IMG/VR virus record: IMGVR_UViG_3300042924_001821
Coordinates: 1 to 53,215 of that record
Source of the DNA: a virus
Taxonomy: Duplodnaviria; Caudoviricetes
DNA length: 53,215 nt
Direction: 5' to 3' (one strand)
Shown here: one piece after another, positions 1 through 10,062 of the stretch
How positions within the stretch are numbered: the stretch's first letter is position 1
Layout: each line of letters opens with the position of its first letter
Position numbers and translations under genes: made by a program
Notes under the pieces: model-generated
What the model saw: only the letters and a program-made list of their open reading frames with translations
What the model was told of the DNA's origin: nothing
The model's database searches: none

Positions 1-537
1 GCCTTCGGTTACGACATCAACGCCGCTCGCTTCAACGCTGACACTGCCTTCAACGCATCGCTCGCTCCGTTCAACGAAGCTGATCCTGCTACATGGGCGC
101 GTCTCGTCCGCGTTCCTCGCTATATCAAAGTGGTGATGGAAAACGGCTGCTCGTATGTTCCTAACAAAGCCTACCGCAATGCCGACTTTGGTATCTCGGT
201 TGCTATGGTCAACAAAGCAATGGTTAAATGGACAATGCCATCCTCGACTGGATACGGCCAAGCCCAACAGATGACCCAGAACTACGCTGGTGATTGGGAA
301 TGGAAGAACCCAGATTGGGAGTGCAACCGCTGGCGCAAATCGGGCTTCTATCAAGCCCAGTTCCGTCTCGCTGCACAGGTCAAAGACCCAACCATCATGC
401 ACTCGTTCCTGCATCGCCTGCCTAAGAGCAAGAATCTCTATGGTTCCTGCTGCCCAGTTCAGAGCTACATCGTTCCTGAGAACAATCAGGACTGCTATAG
501 CTGCGCTGGTGTGGGTGACATCGTTGTGCCTTCCTAA
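1..537 (+). CDS. Probable major capsid protein, C-terminal part (5' truncated)
   Basis: Frame is open from base 1 (AFGYDINAARF...). Highly expressed-type codon usage; followed by a strong hairpin and a decoration-like gene. The window end has portal then scaffold, which fits a circular order portal-scaffold-MCP. Assignment is by synteny. Confidence 0.65.
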   Translation, partial: AFGYDINAARFNADTAFNASLAPFNEADPATWARLVRVPRYIKVVMENGCSYVPNKAYRNADFGISVAMVNKAMVKWTMPSSTGYGQAQQMTQNYAGDWEWKNPDWECNRWRKSGFYQAQFRLAAQVKDPTIMHSFLHRLPKSKNLYGSCCPVQSYIVPENNQDCYSCAGVGDIVVPS

Positions 538-546
538 GTTAAATAA

Positions 547-573
547 GGGGAGGGGCTATTAAAGCCTCTCCCC
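547..573 (+). terminator. GC-rich stem-loop after capsid gene (terminator or mRNA stabiliser)
   Basis: GGGGAGGGGCT-attaa-AGCCTCTCCCC; no clear U tract. Confidence 0.55.
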
Positions 574-597
574 ATAACCTTAAATAAAATACAAAAT

Positions 598-1212
598 ATG
601 TCTAACAAACGACCACTCGCTTATGATCGCGTCAACCTTTTTGGCCCTGTCGCAATCAATCTTCTCGCTGCTGGAGACGCTGACCTCTTGGTTCTTAACG
701 ACCAAGACACCAAGTTCTTTCCAACAAGCATCGTTCTGGAAACTGCCTACGCTCGCGGAACTACTGCCACCGATCCAGTTGTGATCGTTGATAACGGAAC
801 CACTGGCGAAAACGTCACTTCCTCGCTGACCATCACGGACGCTCTTGATAACCAAGGCCGCTTCAATCCTCTTGCGATTGCTGCTAATCCTTACGTCATC
901 ACTGGCTCTCGCAAACTCCGCTTGCTGAAAAGCACAGTTGGTGCTGGTCAAGCTACCGCAACTGTTGCTCGCGCTTCGGGCGTTGCTACAATCGTTACTG
1001 CCGCCGCTCATGGTTTTGCCACGGGTGACGTCATCACGATTGCCAGCATGACCGATAGTTCGTTCAACGATGTGCAGGCTGAAGTTACTGTTGTTGACTC
1101 CACCACGTTCACCTATGCGAACGCTGGCGTTGATGTCGCATCTGGTGCTGACACTGCTGGACGTGTTGGCGCACTCTACGTGAATGCCTACATTGTCGGT
1201 ATCTACTACTAA
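598..1212 (+). CDS. Putative capsid decoration/minor capsid protein with inserted beta-barrel (FCCH-like) domain
   Basis: Directly follows MCP; contains ATIVTAAAHGFATGDVITI...VTVVDSTTFTY, a motif typical of phage virion beta-barrel inserts. Confidence 0.6.
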   Translation: MSNKRPLAYDRVNLFGPVAINLLAAGDADLLVLNDQDTKFFPTSIVLETAYARGTTATDPVVIVDNGTTGENVTSSLTITDALDNQGRFNPLAIAANPYVITGSRKLRLLKSTVGAGQATATVARASGVATIVTAAAHGFATGDVITIASMTDSSFNDVQAEVTVVDSTTFTYANAGVDVASGADTAGRVGALYVNAYIVGIYY

Positions 1213-1223
1213 ACCTCAACCTT

Positions 1224-1251
1224 GGGTGGGGAGGTCAATTCCTCCTCACCC
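1224..1251 (+). terminator. GC-rich stem-loop
   Basis: GGGTGGGGAGG-tcaatt-CCTCCTCACCC in the intergenic gap. Confidence 0.55.
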
Positions 1252-1268
1252 TAACCCCTTTTCATTTT

Positions 1269-1526
1269 ATGGCTTGCTTCACATCTCTTCCTTACCGCGA
1301 TAAAACTTATCCTTTCGTTCAAACAATCGCCGCCGCCGCCGGCATTGATCCAACTTCTTTCGGTTGCTATGATGCAGCAAGTGATGCTGCCAAGCTCTAC
1401 CAATTCTATGTTGGACTCGCAACAATTGGTGGTCTATCCCCAGTTACTGAAAATTGCTTTGTGCAAAAAACTGAAGACCAGCAATACTTCCTCACTAACG
1501 AAGCTCTTGCTGCGGCTCTTGCTTAA
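1269..1526 (+). CDS. Small virion protein with three ~30-aa Cys-led repeats
   Basis: Repeats begin ACFTSL, GCYDAA, NCFVQK; structural operon context. Confidence 0.6.
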   Translation: MACFTSLPYRDKTYPFVQTIAAAAGIDPTSFGCYDAASDAAKLYQFYVGLATIGGLSPVTENCFVQKTEDQQYFLTNEALAAALA

Positions 1527-1542
1527 TTATCGTAACCGATAA
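1527..1542. promoter_or_regulatory. Genome-wide palindrome copy TTATCGTAACCGATAA
   Basis: Intergenic, between a stop codon and the next ATG; one of about 17 copies. Confidence 0.8.
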
Positions 1543-1548
1543 AATCTT

Positions 1549-1815
1549 ATGGCACTCTCTCAACCCTGCTTTACCGATCTAACTCAAGATCAACAGAACT
1601 ACAATATCTACGAATCTTTGAAAGAAATCGCAGGATTTGAGATTCCTGCATACGATCAGATTGATATTAGTTACTATGGTTCGACTAACAATATTGCCAC
1701 AGTGCAGTATTTGAAAGATGGAACTCCAGTTGCAACGCTAACCCTTACTTACGCTATCCAACCTCCAGTTGCTAATGATGCGAATCTGACAACTGTGTCT
1801 GTAGCTTATCCATAA
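1549..1815 (+). CDS. Small virion/fibre adaptor protein
   Basis: N-terminus PCFTDLTQDQQNY resembles the repeats of the upstream gene; beta-rich C-terminus; precedes a collagen fibre gene. Confidence 0.6.
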   Translation: MALSQPCFTDLTQDQQNYNIYESLKEIAGFEIPAYDQIDISYYGSTNNIATVQYLKDGTPVATLTLTYAIQPPVANDANLTTVSVAYP

Positions 1816-1818
1816 AAT

Positions 1819-2265
1819 ATGGCACTTACATTTAATCCATTCACTGGTAAACTTGACTTTACTGGAAGTTCAGCAACTGCCGCAATCGGCGCAACTGGGG
1901 CTACAGGCCCAAGTGGTGGCCCTACTGGGGCTACGGGATTGCAGGGCAGCACAGGAGCAACTGGCATTGGCGCAAGTGGAGCCACTGGAGCTACAGGCCC
2001 AATCGGAGCAAGTGGATTAAGTGTTACTGGAGCTACAGGGGCTACTGGTTCTGGCGCAACAGGCGCAACTGGACTTGTCGGAAATGATGGATCAACTGGT
2101 GCAACAGGCATCCAAGGTGAAATTGGTTCTACTGGAGCAACTGGAGTTGCTGGAACAGATGGAGCTACAGGCGCAACTGGTTTGCAAGGCATACCCGGAG
2201 TTGTTTATGCTGGCGTTTGGAATGGAGCAACATCATATAATGCTGGAGACATTGTAACTTTTTAA
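1819..2265 (+). CDS. Collagen-like fibre protein (Gly-Ala-Thr repeats)
   Basis: [11 protein letters not shown]-terminal motif, long G-X-Y run, ends in the first half of a CBM-like motif. Confidence 0.8.
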   Translation: MALTFNPFTGKLDFTGSSATAAIGATGATGPSGGPTGATGLQGSTGATGIGASGATGATGPIGASGLSVTGATGATGSGATGATGLVGNDGSTGATGIQGEIGSTGATGVAGTDGATGATGLQGIPGVVYAGVWNGATSYNAGDIVTF

Positions 2266-2268
2266 TTT

Positions 2269-5200
2269 ATGCCAACTACATCTTACATTGCAAAACAAGC
2301 TGTTCCAGCAGGTCTTACTGACCCAAGTTCAAATCCTACATATTGGGATGTTTTTACACCAGCAGGCGACACAGGCGCAACTGGCGTTGGAACAACAGGC
2401 GCAACGGGTATCGCTGGAAACGATGGTGCTACAGGTGCTACTGGGTTGACTGGCGCAACTGGCCCATCAACTGGAGTAGCTGGAGGAGACTTGTCTGGTA
2501 ATTATCCAGACCCAACTGTTGTTAAGCTCCAAGGAAATGCAGTTTCTTCTGCAACCCCAAGCAATGGTCAAACACTGCAATGGAATGGCAGCGCATGGGT
2601 TCCGGGTGCTATTCCAACAGGCGGCTCTGGTGGTGGTGGTGTAATCTATTATTTGAATTTCAATACTGCCTCTGATGCTCCAGTAACAAATATTCCACAA
2701 ACTCCTAATGCAACGAAAGAGCTTGGAATTTCTGGAGAAGTCACGGCAACAAGTTATACTTCTCCAATTCTTTCTACTGCATCGTATGATTTTCTTGCAT
2801 CGTTTGCAACTGACCTAAATGTTCCTTCTTCGACAACGATTCCTGCTGGCATTTGGGATTTCAATATATTTGTTGAAAGCACTACCACAAACAATGCAAA
2901 TCAAGTTTACTTTAAAATTGAGGTTCTTAAATATGACGGAGTAAATGCTCCAACATTACTTGCAACATCAAACGACACTTACATTTACGACCCTTCAGAA
3001 ATTACACAGCAAGTATGCTCGGTTGTGATGCCTCAAACAACAATTTTGGCAACTGATCGAATTGTTGTGTATTTCTATGGACGAGCGCACCAAAATAACA
3101 ATCAAGTAACCTTCCATTTTGGTGACGGGTATCCAAGTCATACTCACACAACGCTTCCATCTGTTGCAGGAAGCGGTGTAGTAAAAGTTGTAAATGGAGT
3201 ATTTCAAACTCCAGCAAGCACGATTGTTGACGCTGATGTGTCTGCAACAGCAGCAATCCAGCAAAGCAAAATTGATGGACTTACAACAAGTCTTGCAGGT
3301 AAAATCGCAAATGGTGGTGGAATTCCAACAATCATCGAACTTACGGAGGCTGAATACGCTGCATTGACTCCAGCGCAAGTTGACCAAACTGCCACTTACA
3401 TTGTTAAGGGAAGCTCAACACAAAATTCTACTTCGTATGAAGGCAAAGAATTTGGTGGATCAAAACCAGTTTCGCTGCTCGCGCAACCAGTAGTTGTTGG
3501 AAATTGTAATCGAGTTTCTGCTACAATTGCTACTGGGTCTATTGATTTTATCCAAGCAAGTCCATTTGATTCTAACAAGTTTTATTTCTCACAAAACCTT
3601 GGAACAACTGGAGGCAATGGATCATCTGCAATGTGGCGTGGAACATTGACAAAAGATTCTTCAAACAAAATTTCTGGAGGATCAAATAGTTATGGTGGTC
3701 AACAATCACTCGCTTACAGTGTTTTTAACGCATCCAAAGGTGGTTCTGTTTATGATGCTGACACAGTATTTATTCCAGATGAAAAAAATTCTGCTACAGA
3801 CTTTTTTGGTAGAATCATAAAAGTTGATCTTGCTACTTCAACAACCAGCGAGGCTTGGAATTTCCAAACCTCAACGCCAGCAGTATCCCGCGCTGACATT
3901 GCAACCCAACTTTGGTATCCTCAAGATTGTCTTGTTGATCGTGCAAATAACAAATTGTTTGTGTCATCGACTGGACAGACAACGGATGGTAGCAGCGTAG
4001 CACGATTCTCAATTGATCCAACAACTAAAGCATTGACTCCTGATAGTTGGGTTAAAGCTGTTACGCCAAATGGAAGCAACACTTCTTTTATTACACGACT
4101 TGTATTGCTTCCAGACGGATATATTTTTGTTGCAAACTACAATTACTCAATCAGCACATTGGCATTCCAATCATTTGACGCATATGGTTCTGATGCTGGA
4201 AATGCAGCGTCAGTAGGGATTTCTTTTGCAGCAAACAATCTTTGTCAAGGTGCAGTATTTAAAGCTGACACAAATGCTCCAAGTGGCATTGGTTATATAT
4301 TGCTTGCATTGCGTGCAGGCGCGGATGCTGGTAAAATCTACGCATTTGATTACCAAGGCGCAGGTGTATTTAATACAACTGCAACTGATGTCATAAATCT
4401 CACAACTATTGGTAAAAATGCAGGATTGTGGACAAACTCTAACAATCTTGAAATTGGTTCACTTTCTATTACGGCAGATGGGTCTATTCTATGTGGAACT
4501 CGTCATGGTTCTGGAGCATTGCAGCGCAGTGTTATCGCATTCAATTGGATTCCATATGCTAAATCTGGAACTCTTTCGACTCAAAATTTAGACAATGTAA
4601 ATATTTCTGGAGGATCAATTAACGGAGTTAGAAATTTGACTCCAAAGATTGAGTATATCAACTCAAGCCGTTATTGGTATAAAGATGAACTTGCAAAATA
4701 TGTTCGTGTCCAAGCATGGGGTGCTGGCGGCGGAGGTGGATCGGGACGCAAAGATTCTACGGGAACAGTAGTTCGTGGTGGTGGTGCTGGTGGCGGTGGT
4801 GGTGCATACGCAGATGTTTTTATTGATGCGTCAATTTTGCCAAGCACAGAAATCCAAATTGGAATTGGCGGCGGCGGCAATGGAGGCGCAGCACAAACTG
4901 TCAACGCAACAAACGGAAACGCTGGAACTACTGGTGGTCAAACAAGTTTTTCTACTTATGCAGTTGCGCGTGGAGGTTTAGCTGGTGCTGCTGGAGTTAA
5001 TGGTGCTGCAACTGGTGGCTCTGGTTCAACAAACGGACACGCTGGAGGCTCAACATCTTCAACTGGAGCTGCTGGAACTGCTGGTTCTCCGACATCTGCA
5101 AGTGTTACGAGTGCATTGGCTGCTGTTGGACTTGGAGGTGCTGGAGGTGGTGGTGCTGGTGGTATTACAACTGCAAATGCAGTATCTGCTGGTGGATCAG

Positions 5201-5475
5201 GTGGAAATTCATTTTATGGATCAACCCTTACAACAGGAACTGCTGGAACTTCTGGTGGCGGTAATGGAGGAAATGGAAATAACACAACCAATGGAACATA
5301 CCAAGTAGGAACTGGTGGCGGCGGCGGTGGCTCAAGCATTACTGGTGATGGCGGCAATGGTGGCAATGGAGGATTTTGCTCTGGCGGTGGTGGTGGTGGA
5401 GCATCGCAAAACAACAACTCTGGTGCTGGCGGCAATGGTGGCAACGGATTTATGATTGTAACAACTTATTACTAA
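2269..5475 (+). CDS. Large fibre/receptor-binding protein (short collagen, beta-rich middle, Gly-rich C-terminal domain)
   Basis: GATG repeats; AGGDLSGNYPDPTV motif; C-terminal VRVQAWGAGGGGGSG...GGNGGNGFMIVTTY Gly-rich domain common in phage fibres. Confidence 0.8.
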   Translation: MPTTSYIAKQAVPAGLTDPSSNPTYWDVFTPAGDTGATGVGTTGATGIAGNDGATGATGLTGATGPSTGVAGGDLSGNYPDPTVVKLQGNAVSSATPSNGQTLQWNGSAWVPGAIPTGGSGGGGVIYYLNFNTASDAPVTNIPQTPNATKELGISGEVTATSYTSPILSTASYDFLASFATDLNVPSSTTIPAGIWDFNIFVESTTTNNANQVYFKIEVLKYDGVNAPTLLATSNDTYIYDPSEITQQVCSVVMPQTTILATDRIVVYFYGRAHQNNNQVTFHFGDGYPSHTHTTLPSVAGSGVVKVVNGVFQTPASTIVDADVSATAAIQQSKIDGLTTSLAGKIANGGGIPTIIELTEAEYAALTPAQVDQTATYIVKGSSTQNSTSYEGKEFGGSKPVSLLAQPVVVGNCNRVSATIATGSIDFIQASPFDSNKFYFSQNLGTTGGNGSSAMWRGTLTKDSSNKISGGSNSYGGQQSLAYSVFNASKGGSVYDADTVFIPDEKNSATDFFGRIIKVDLATSTTSEAWNFQTSTPAVSRADIATQLWYPQDCLVDRANNKLFVSSTGQTTDGSSVARFSIDPTTKALTPDSWVKAVTPNGSNTSFITRLVLLPDGYIFVANYNYSISTLAFQSFDAYGSDAGNAASVGISFAANNLCQGAVFKADTNAPSGIGYILLALRAGADAGKIYAFDYQGAGVFNTTATDVINLTTIGKNAGLWTNSNNLEIGSLSITADGSILCGTRHGSGALQRSVIAFNWIPYAKSGTLSTQNLDNVNISGGSINGVRNLTPKIEYINSSRYWYKDELAKYVRVQAWGAGGGGGSGRKDSTGTVVRGGGAGGGGGAYADVFIDASILPSTEIQIGIGGGGNGGAAQTVNATNGNAGTTGGQTSFSTYAVARGGLAGAAGVNGAATGGSGSTNGHAGGSTSSTGAAGTAGSPTSASVTSALAAVGLGGAGGGGAGGITTANAVSAGGSGGNSFYGSTLTTGTAGTSGGGNGGNGNNTTNGTYQVGTGGGGGGSSITGDGGNGGNGGFCSGGGGGGASQNNNSGAGGNGGNGFMIVTTYY

Positions 5476-5476
5476 T

Positions 5477-5638
5477 ATGTTAGAACGATACGCTATAATT
5501 AACGAGGCAGGAAACTGGTTGGAAAACATCATCGTGTTGGATGAAGAGAATGCAGCAGGATGGATTGTTCCAGAAGGAATGATTATTAAAAAAACAAGCG
5601 AAGTTGATTTTGCTGCATTAGTAGAAAAACCAGAATAA
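5477..5638 (+). CDS. Small protein, possible fibre-associated/chaperone (53 aa, not in ORF track)
   Basis: MLERYAIINEAGNWLENIIVLD...; tightly coupled to both neighbours. Confidence 0.6.
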   Translation: MLERYAIINEAGNWLENIIVLDEENAAGWIVPEGMIIKKTSEVDFAALVEKPE

Positions 5639-5817
5639 TGGACACTCACTCATTTAACGCAGGCATGGCAGGAGTTATTGCTACGGCAACATCAGTTGGA
5701 ATTTCATTGCTGCCAGAAATCGAAGCATGGTTGCGGATTGTTTCTCTTCTCGTCGGTATTGCAGTTGGAATTGGATCGCTTATTGTTATCGTGCGTAACT
5801 GGAATAAAAGTAAATGA
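5638..5817 (+). CDS. Holin-like membrane protein (59 aa, not in ORF track)
   Basis: MDTHSFNAGMAGVIATATSVGISLLPEIEAWLRIVSLLVGIAVGIGSLIVIVRNWNKSK: two hydrophobic segments, basic tail. Confidence 0.6.
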   Translation: MDTHSFNAGMAGVIATATSVGISLLPEIEAWLRIVSLLVGIAVGIGSLIVIVRNWNKSK

Positions 5818-5972
5818 ATCCTAAACAAATCGCGCTTGGACTAATTTTGATCTCATTTGCATTTCTTGCAATGGCATTTTTGACTGGGTGCGAGACACTT
5901 GGAATTTCCCTACAGACAGACTTTGGAAGGATCACATATGAACTTCCAGAACCAAAAGGAACAAAGAAATGA
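5814..5972 (+). CDS. Small lipoprotein, possible spanin component (52 aa, not in ORF track)
   Basis: MNPKQIALGLILISFAFLAMAFLTGC: signal peptide with lipobox LTGC; lysis context. Confidence 0.6.
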   Translation: MNPKQIALGLILISFAFLAMAFLTGCETLGISLQTDFGRITYELPEPKGTKK

Positions 5973-6139
5973 AAATCGTAAATATACTACTTCAACGACT
6001 CAGTGAAAATTCAACTTGGCGCGGATTGATTCTGATTGCTACGGCAGTCGGAGTGAAGATCGAACCAGAACTTCAAGAAGCAATCCTTGTCGCTGGACTC
6101 GGACTTGTCGGACTAATCAACGTGATCCGTAAAGGCTAA
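5969..6139 (+). CDS. Putative holin (56 aa, not in ORF track)
   Basis: MKIVNILLQRLSENSTWRGLILIATAVGVKIEPELQEAILVAGLGLVGLINVIRKG: two TM segments; ATGA-coupled. Confidence 0.65.
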   Translation: MKIVNILLQRLSENSTWRGLILIATAVGVKIEPELQEAILVAGLGLVGLINVIRKG

Positions 6140-6142
6140 TGG

Positions 6143-6673
6143 TTATTTCTCCAAAGAATGACAAGGAATACACATAGGCACAACATCGAGCCAATGTTCA
6201 ATATTATAGCCATTATGGTGATGATATTGTTGTGCTTGATTCCCGCAATTTATACATTGCAATGTGGAAACCTTGGGGATTTTATTTTTGGCAATAGCAT
6301 TATTAACTTTGCTTCTTGCTTTATATTTATCAGGGAATTTTTGTCTTTGCTGTATTGTGGATTTTCTTCTGTGCTGATTGAGTCTTTTAATCTGATCTTC
6401 TGTCATATTTTTAAAACACCTCAACTTGATCTCTTTAACTTTTTGTGGATTTCTTTTAGCCCAAGAAACACATCTTTTCATATGTTCTTGTTTGTGTGTT
6501 TCGTAATATTTCTGGCAAGATTCTTTTCTCCCATCTGGATTATCTCTACACGATTTAATGCTTGCAATTCTATGGCAATGCTTACATCTGTTAGAAAATC
6601 CATCTTTCGATCTGGAGGATTTAACAAATTCGTTCAATTCTTTTTCGGTTTTACATCTGCAACAAGTCTTCAT
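6143..6673 (-). mobile_element. Free-standing HNH-family (homing) endonuclease-like gene
   Basis: N-terminal CxxC..CKxC zinc motif; C-terminal CINCG...HHHNGY...MCIPCH; AT-rich, antisense within the lysis operon. Confidence 0.7.
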
Positions 6674-6689
6674 AGATGAAGAGTAATAT

Positions 6690-7235
6690 ATGATGATTCC
6701 AAAGTCAAGACCTCAACAAGCTAAAGAAAAATCTTTAGCTATGGCTATAAAAGCAGGAATAGAAGATAGAGTTGTTTTAATCGGTATTAGGGGGTATTAT
6801 TCTGAAACATTTCAACCATCAGGCAACCAAAGGGGCATCTACGACGATGCGATTATACTACTATCTCCTTCTGTTCATGCTACTTTCAACGCCAATACTG
6901 ATCCATCAGTTTTTAAGAAAGGTATCGCGGTTCTTAAAACGGGCGTTCATAGGTATCGTAAGGGCAATCATGGTATCTCTAAACCCGGAGGCGGCTACCC
7001 AGCGTTGCGACCTGCTAACTCAAAAGAAGAACTCCCTGTTACGCGAGATGGCGAAGGTGATTCGATGGGAGTAGCAATCAACATCCACAAGGGCGGGTAT
7101 AACACAACATCGTCATTGGGATGCCAGACGATCTACCCTCCGCAATGGGATGGATTCATCAACCTTGTCTATTCTGAAATGAATAGATACAACCAAAAAA
7201 CAATTCCATACCTATTGGTGGAACAAACATCTTGA
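6690..7235 (+). CDS. Putative endolysin with YkuD/L,D-transpeptidase-like catalytic motif
   Basis: INIHKGG...SSLGCQTI His/Cys motif; next to holin-like genes. Confidence 0.65.
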   Translation: MMIPKSRPQQAKEKSLAMAIKAGIEDRVVLIGIRGYYSETFQPSGNQRGIYDDAIILLSPSVHATFNANTDPSVFKKGIAVLKTGVHRYRKGNHGISKPGGGYPALRPANSKEELPVTRDGEGDSMGVAINIHKGGYNTTSSLGCQTIYPPQWDGFINLVYSEMNRYNQKTIPYLLVEQTS

Positions 7236-7269
7236 ATTTAAAATCACTTTATCGTAAACGATAATCCAT

Positions 7270-9348
7270 ATGGGAAATTGTAATGAAACTATCATAGTTG
7301 CATCTTATGCAAGGTCAGCAAAAGAAAGTGCTGCAAGTGCCGCGAAGTCAGCTTGCATAGCATTACAATCCATTGGAGCAAGTGGGGCTACTGGGGCTAC
7401 AGGAGTTGGGGCTACAGGTGCTACAGGTTTGCAGGGTGCAACTGGCCCATCTGGAGGGCCAACGGGCGCAACCGGAGCCACTGGTGAAGGGGCAACTGGA
7501 GCTACGGGATTATCTGGCATTAACGGAACTACAGGTGCTACAGGATTGCGTGGAGCTACAGGTAGCACAGGAATTCAAGGTCAGCAAGGCGCGACTGGAC
7601 AACAAGGTTCTACTGGTATTGGCTCAACTGGTGCTACCGGAGCCACGGGGCAGCAAGGCCCGATTGGGCCGGAAGGTGCTACTGGAATGGTTGGCCCTCG
7701 CGGAGCTACAGGATTGACTGGGCCAATGGGTGCAAGCGGTTCTGGAGCGACTGGATCAACTGGAGTTGATGGCCCGACTGGAGCGACTGGATTGACAGGG
7801 GCTACGGGAGCTACTGGAGAAGGCGCAACCGGAGCTACTGGAATACAAGGTTTAATTGGAGCAACTGGGCCTCAAGGCGTTCAAGGCATCCAAGGAAACC
7901 AAGGAATTGAAGGAAGCACGGGATCAACTGGTGCTACTGGAATTCAAGGGTTAGAGGGCAGCACTGGCGCAACAGGTATTGCGGGGTTAGATGGAAGCAC
8001 TGGCGCGACTGGCATTGTTGGAAATGATGGGGCGACTGGCGCAACCGGAATCGGATCAACTGGAGCAACTGGTCTTACAGGTGCTACTGGCGCGGCTGGA
8101 CAATCTTCTTCATTTTACAATTACAAAGCAGATACAACAACGCTATCTGGTGTTCCATCAGTTCAAACATTGTATTGGGACAATGCCACGCAAACCTCAT
8201 CAACGATTGTAACTCTTTCTCATATCGATGCACTTGGAAATGATATTGATGTTTTCTTCCCGCTTTTTAAGACTGGAGACACATTTATTATCCAAGATCA
8301 AGGGAACTCAAACAACTTTCAAACTTGGCAAATTTCAGCAACTCCAACTGTTGTTCTTAATAGTTATATCTCAATTCCAGTAACTCTTGTTGCTTCTGGT
8401 GGAACATCGCAATTTTCTAACAACCAGCAATTGATTTTTGCGATTGTTACATCTGGCTTAACTGGTGCGACAGGATTAACTGGCAGCACTGGAGCTACTG
8501 GCGTTACAGGCGGGCAAGGCGCAACTGGAAGCACGGGTATTCAAGGATTGACTGGAGCGACTGGCATTGGAGCTACAGGAGCAACTGGACTGCAAGGCGC
8601 GACAGGATTGATTGGTTCAACTGGCGCAACTGGATTGCAAGGAATCCAAGGAAGCACAGGCGCAACTGGATTGCAGGGAGTTCAAGGCATACAGGGAACG
8701 CAAGGTTCTACTGGTTCTACTGGAGCCACTGGCATCGGTGCGTCTGGCGCGACTGGGCTTCCTGCTGGAATGCGGTATCAAGTTTCTACAATTACAACTG
8801 ATTCTGATCCCGGAAATGGTTTCTTTAGAATGAATTCAACAGTCGCATCGAGTGTGACTCAAATGTATATTTCTAAAATAGGTGCTGATGGCATTAATAG
8901 AGCAACAGCTATTTCAATTTGGGATGATAGCACAAATGGAAACCCATACGGATTTATTGCAATACCATCAACATTGGGAGCATTTAATTCGCAAATTGCT
9001 ATTACAGGAACATTAATAGATGCTGGGACTTATTTCAAAGTTCCAATATCTATAATTGCTGGCGCGGTTCCAGCTCTTGATTTTGATAATCGGTTTATTA
9101 CATTTTCAAGAACTGGCAATATGGGCGCAACTGGAGTAGTAGGTGCAACTGGAGCTACTGGACCTGCAGGTTCTGGCGGTGGGGCAACAGGTGCAGGAAC
9201 TGATGCTATCTTTTGGCAGAATGGTCAAACTGTGAATACATCATATTCAATTCCAGTTGGAATAAACGCTGGTAGCTTTGGCCCGATTACAATAGCCTCT
9301 GGAGTTGTGGTAACAGTTCCATCTGGTGGAATATGGACAGTGGTGTAA
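7270..9348 (+). CDS. Long collagen-like fibre protein
   Basis: Three G-X-Y (GAT-rich) blocks separated by globular domains; C-terminal ...[22 protein letters not shown] module. Confidence 0.85.
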   Translation: MGNCNETIIVASYARSAKESAASAAKSACIALQSIGASGATGATGVGATGATGLQGATGPSGGPTGATGATGEGATGATGLSGINGTTGATGLRGATGSTGIQGQQGATGQQGSTGIGSTGATGATGQQGPIGPEGATGMVGPRGATGLTGPMGASGSGATGSTGVDGPTGATGLTGATGATGEGATGATGIQGLIGATGPQGVQGIQGNQGIEGSTGSTGATGIQGLEGSTGATGIAGLDGSTGATGIVGNDGATGATGIGSTGATGLTGATGAAGQSSSFYNYKADTTTLSGVPSVQTLYWDNATQTSSTIVTLSHIDALGNDIDVFFPLFKTGDTFIIQDQGNSNNFQTWQISATPTVVLNSYISIPVTLVASGGTSQFSNNQQLIFAIVTSGLTGATGLTGSTGATGVTGGQGATGSTGIQGLTGATGIGATGATGLQGATGLIGSTGATGLQGIQGSTGATGLQGVQGIQGTQGSTGSTGATGIGASGATGLPAGMRYQVSTITTDSDPGNGFFRMNSTVASSVTQMYISKIGADGINRATAISIWDDSTNGNPYGFIAIPSTLGAFNSQIAITGTLIDAGTYFKVPISIIAGAVPALDFDNRFITFSRTGNMGATGVVGATGATGPAGSGGGATGAGTDAIFWQNGQTVNTSYSIPVGINAGSFGPITIASGVVVTVPSGGIWTVV

Positions 9349-9408
9349 TTCTTTGAAAAAAATGCTTGCAATGAAAACAATCAACCTTATCGTAAACGAT
9401 AATCAACT

Positions 9409-10050
9409 ATGAGTTGCGGAAATTCCAGAAGTTCTAAATGCAATCCATGCGGCCCAAGTGAAGCGGCATTGAACTCGATTGCGGATCGTGCAGCTTATTA
9501 CGCTCGTATAGCTATAGTTGCTTCAGAAACTGGTGGCGGTATCCGTTGGGGATATATCGGTGATGGGACTGAAGTTACCTTCAACATTGACGGAGCCGCA
9601 ACAACCAATAGCGCATCATTCCTTGTAACGATTGATGGAGTAGTCCAAGACCCATTGGATTATACAATCACCCATGGATACCCATATACCATCACAATGA
9701 ACAATCCCGTCCCATCTGGTGATGAGATTGTCATTGTATCATTGAATGGTAAAACTGGCGCAACTGGCCCCGGAGCAGGCGCAACTGGGCCGATGGGGCC
9801 GATTGGCGCGACTGGCCCTCAAGGCCCAATTGGGCCTGGTGGTGGTGCTACTGGTTCAACGGGAGCAACTGGCCCTGCTGGTGGCGCAACAGGAGCAGGA
9901 GGAGACGCTATCTTTTGGGAAAACGACCAAAATGTCACCACTGACTATACAATTTCCACAAACAAAAACGCAATGACGGCAGGGCCAGTTACAATTGACT
10001 CTGGCGTTACTGTGACAGTGCCAAGCGGATCAACATGGACAGTAGTATAG
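9409..10050 (+). CDS. Short collagen-containing fibre protein
   Basis: GDGTEVTF..LVTIDGVVQDP..DY beta module, short collagen, same C-terminal module as the upstream fibre. Confidence 0.8.
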   Translation: MSCGNSRSSKCNPCGPSEAALNSIADRAAYYARIAIVASETGGGIRWGYIGDGTEVTFNIDGAATTNSASFLVTIDGVVQDPLDYTITHGYPYTITMNNPVPSGDEIVIVSLNGKTGATGPGAGATGPMGPIGATGPQGPIGPGGGATGSTGATGPAGGATGAGGDAIFWENDQNVTTDYTISTNKNAMTAGPVTIDSGVTVTVPSGSTWTVV

Positions 10051-10062
10051 AAAATTAAAATT

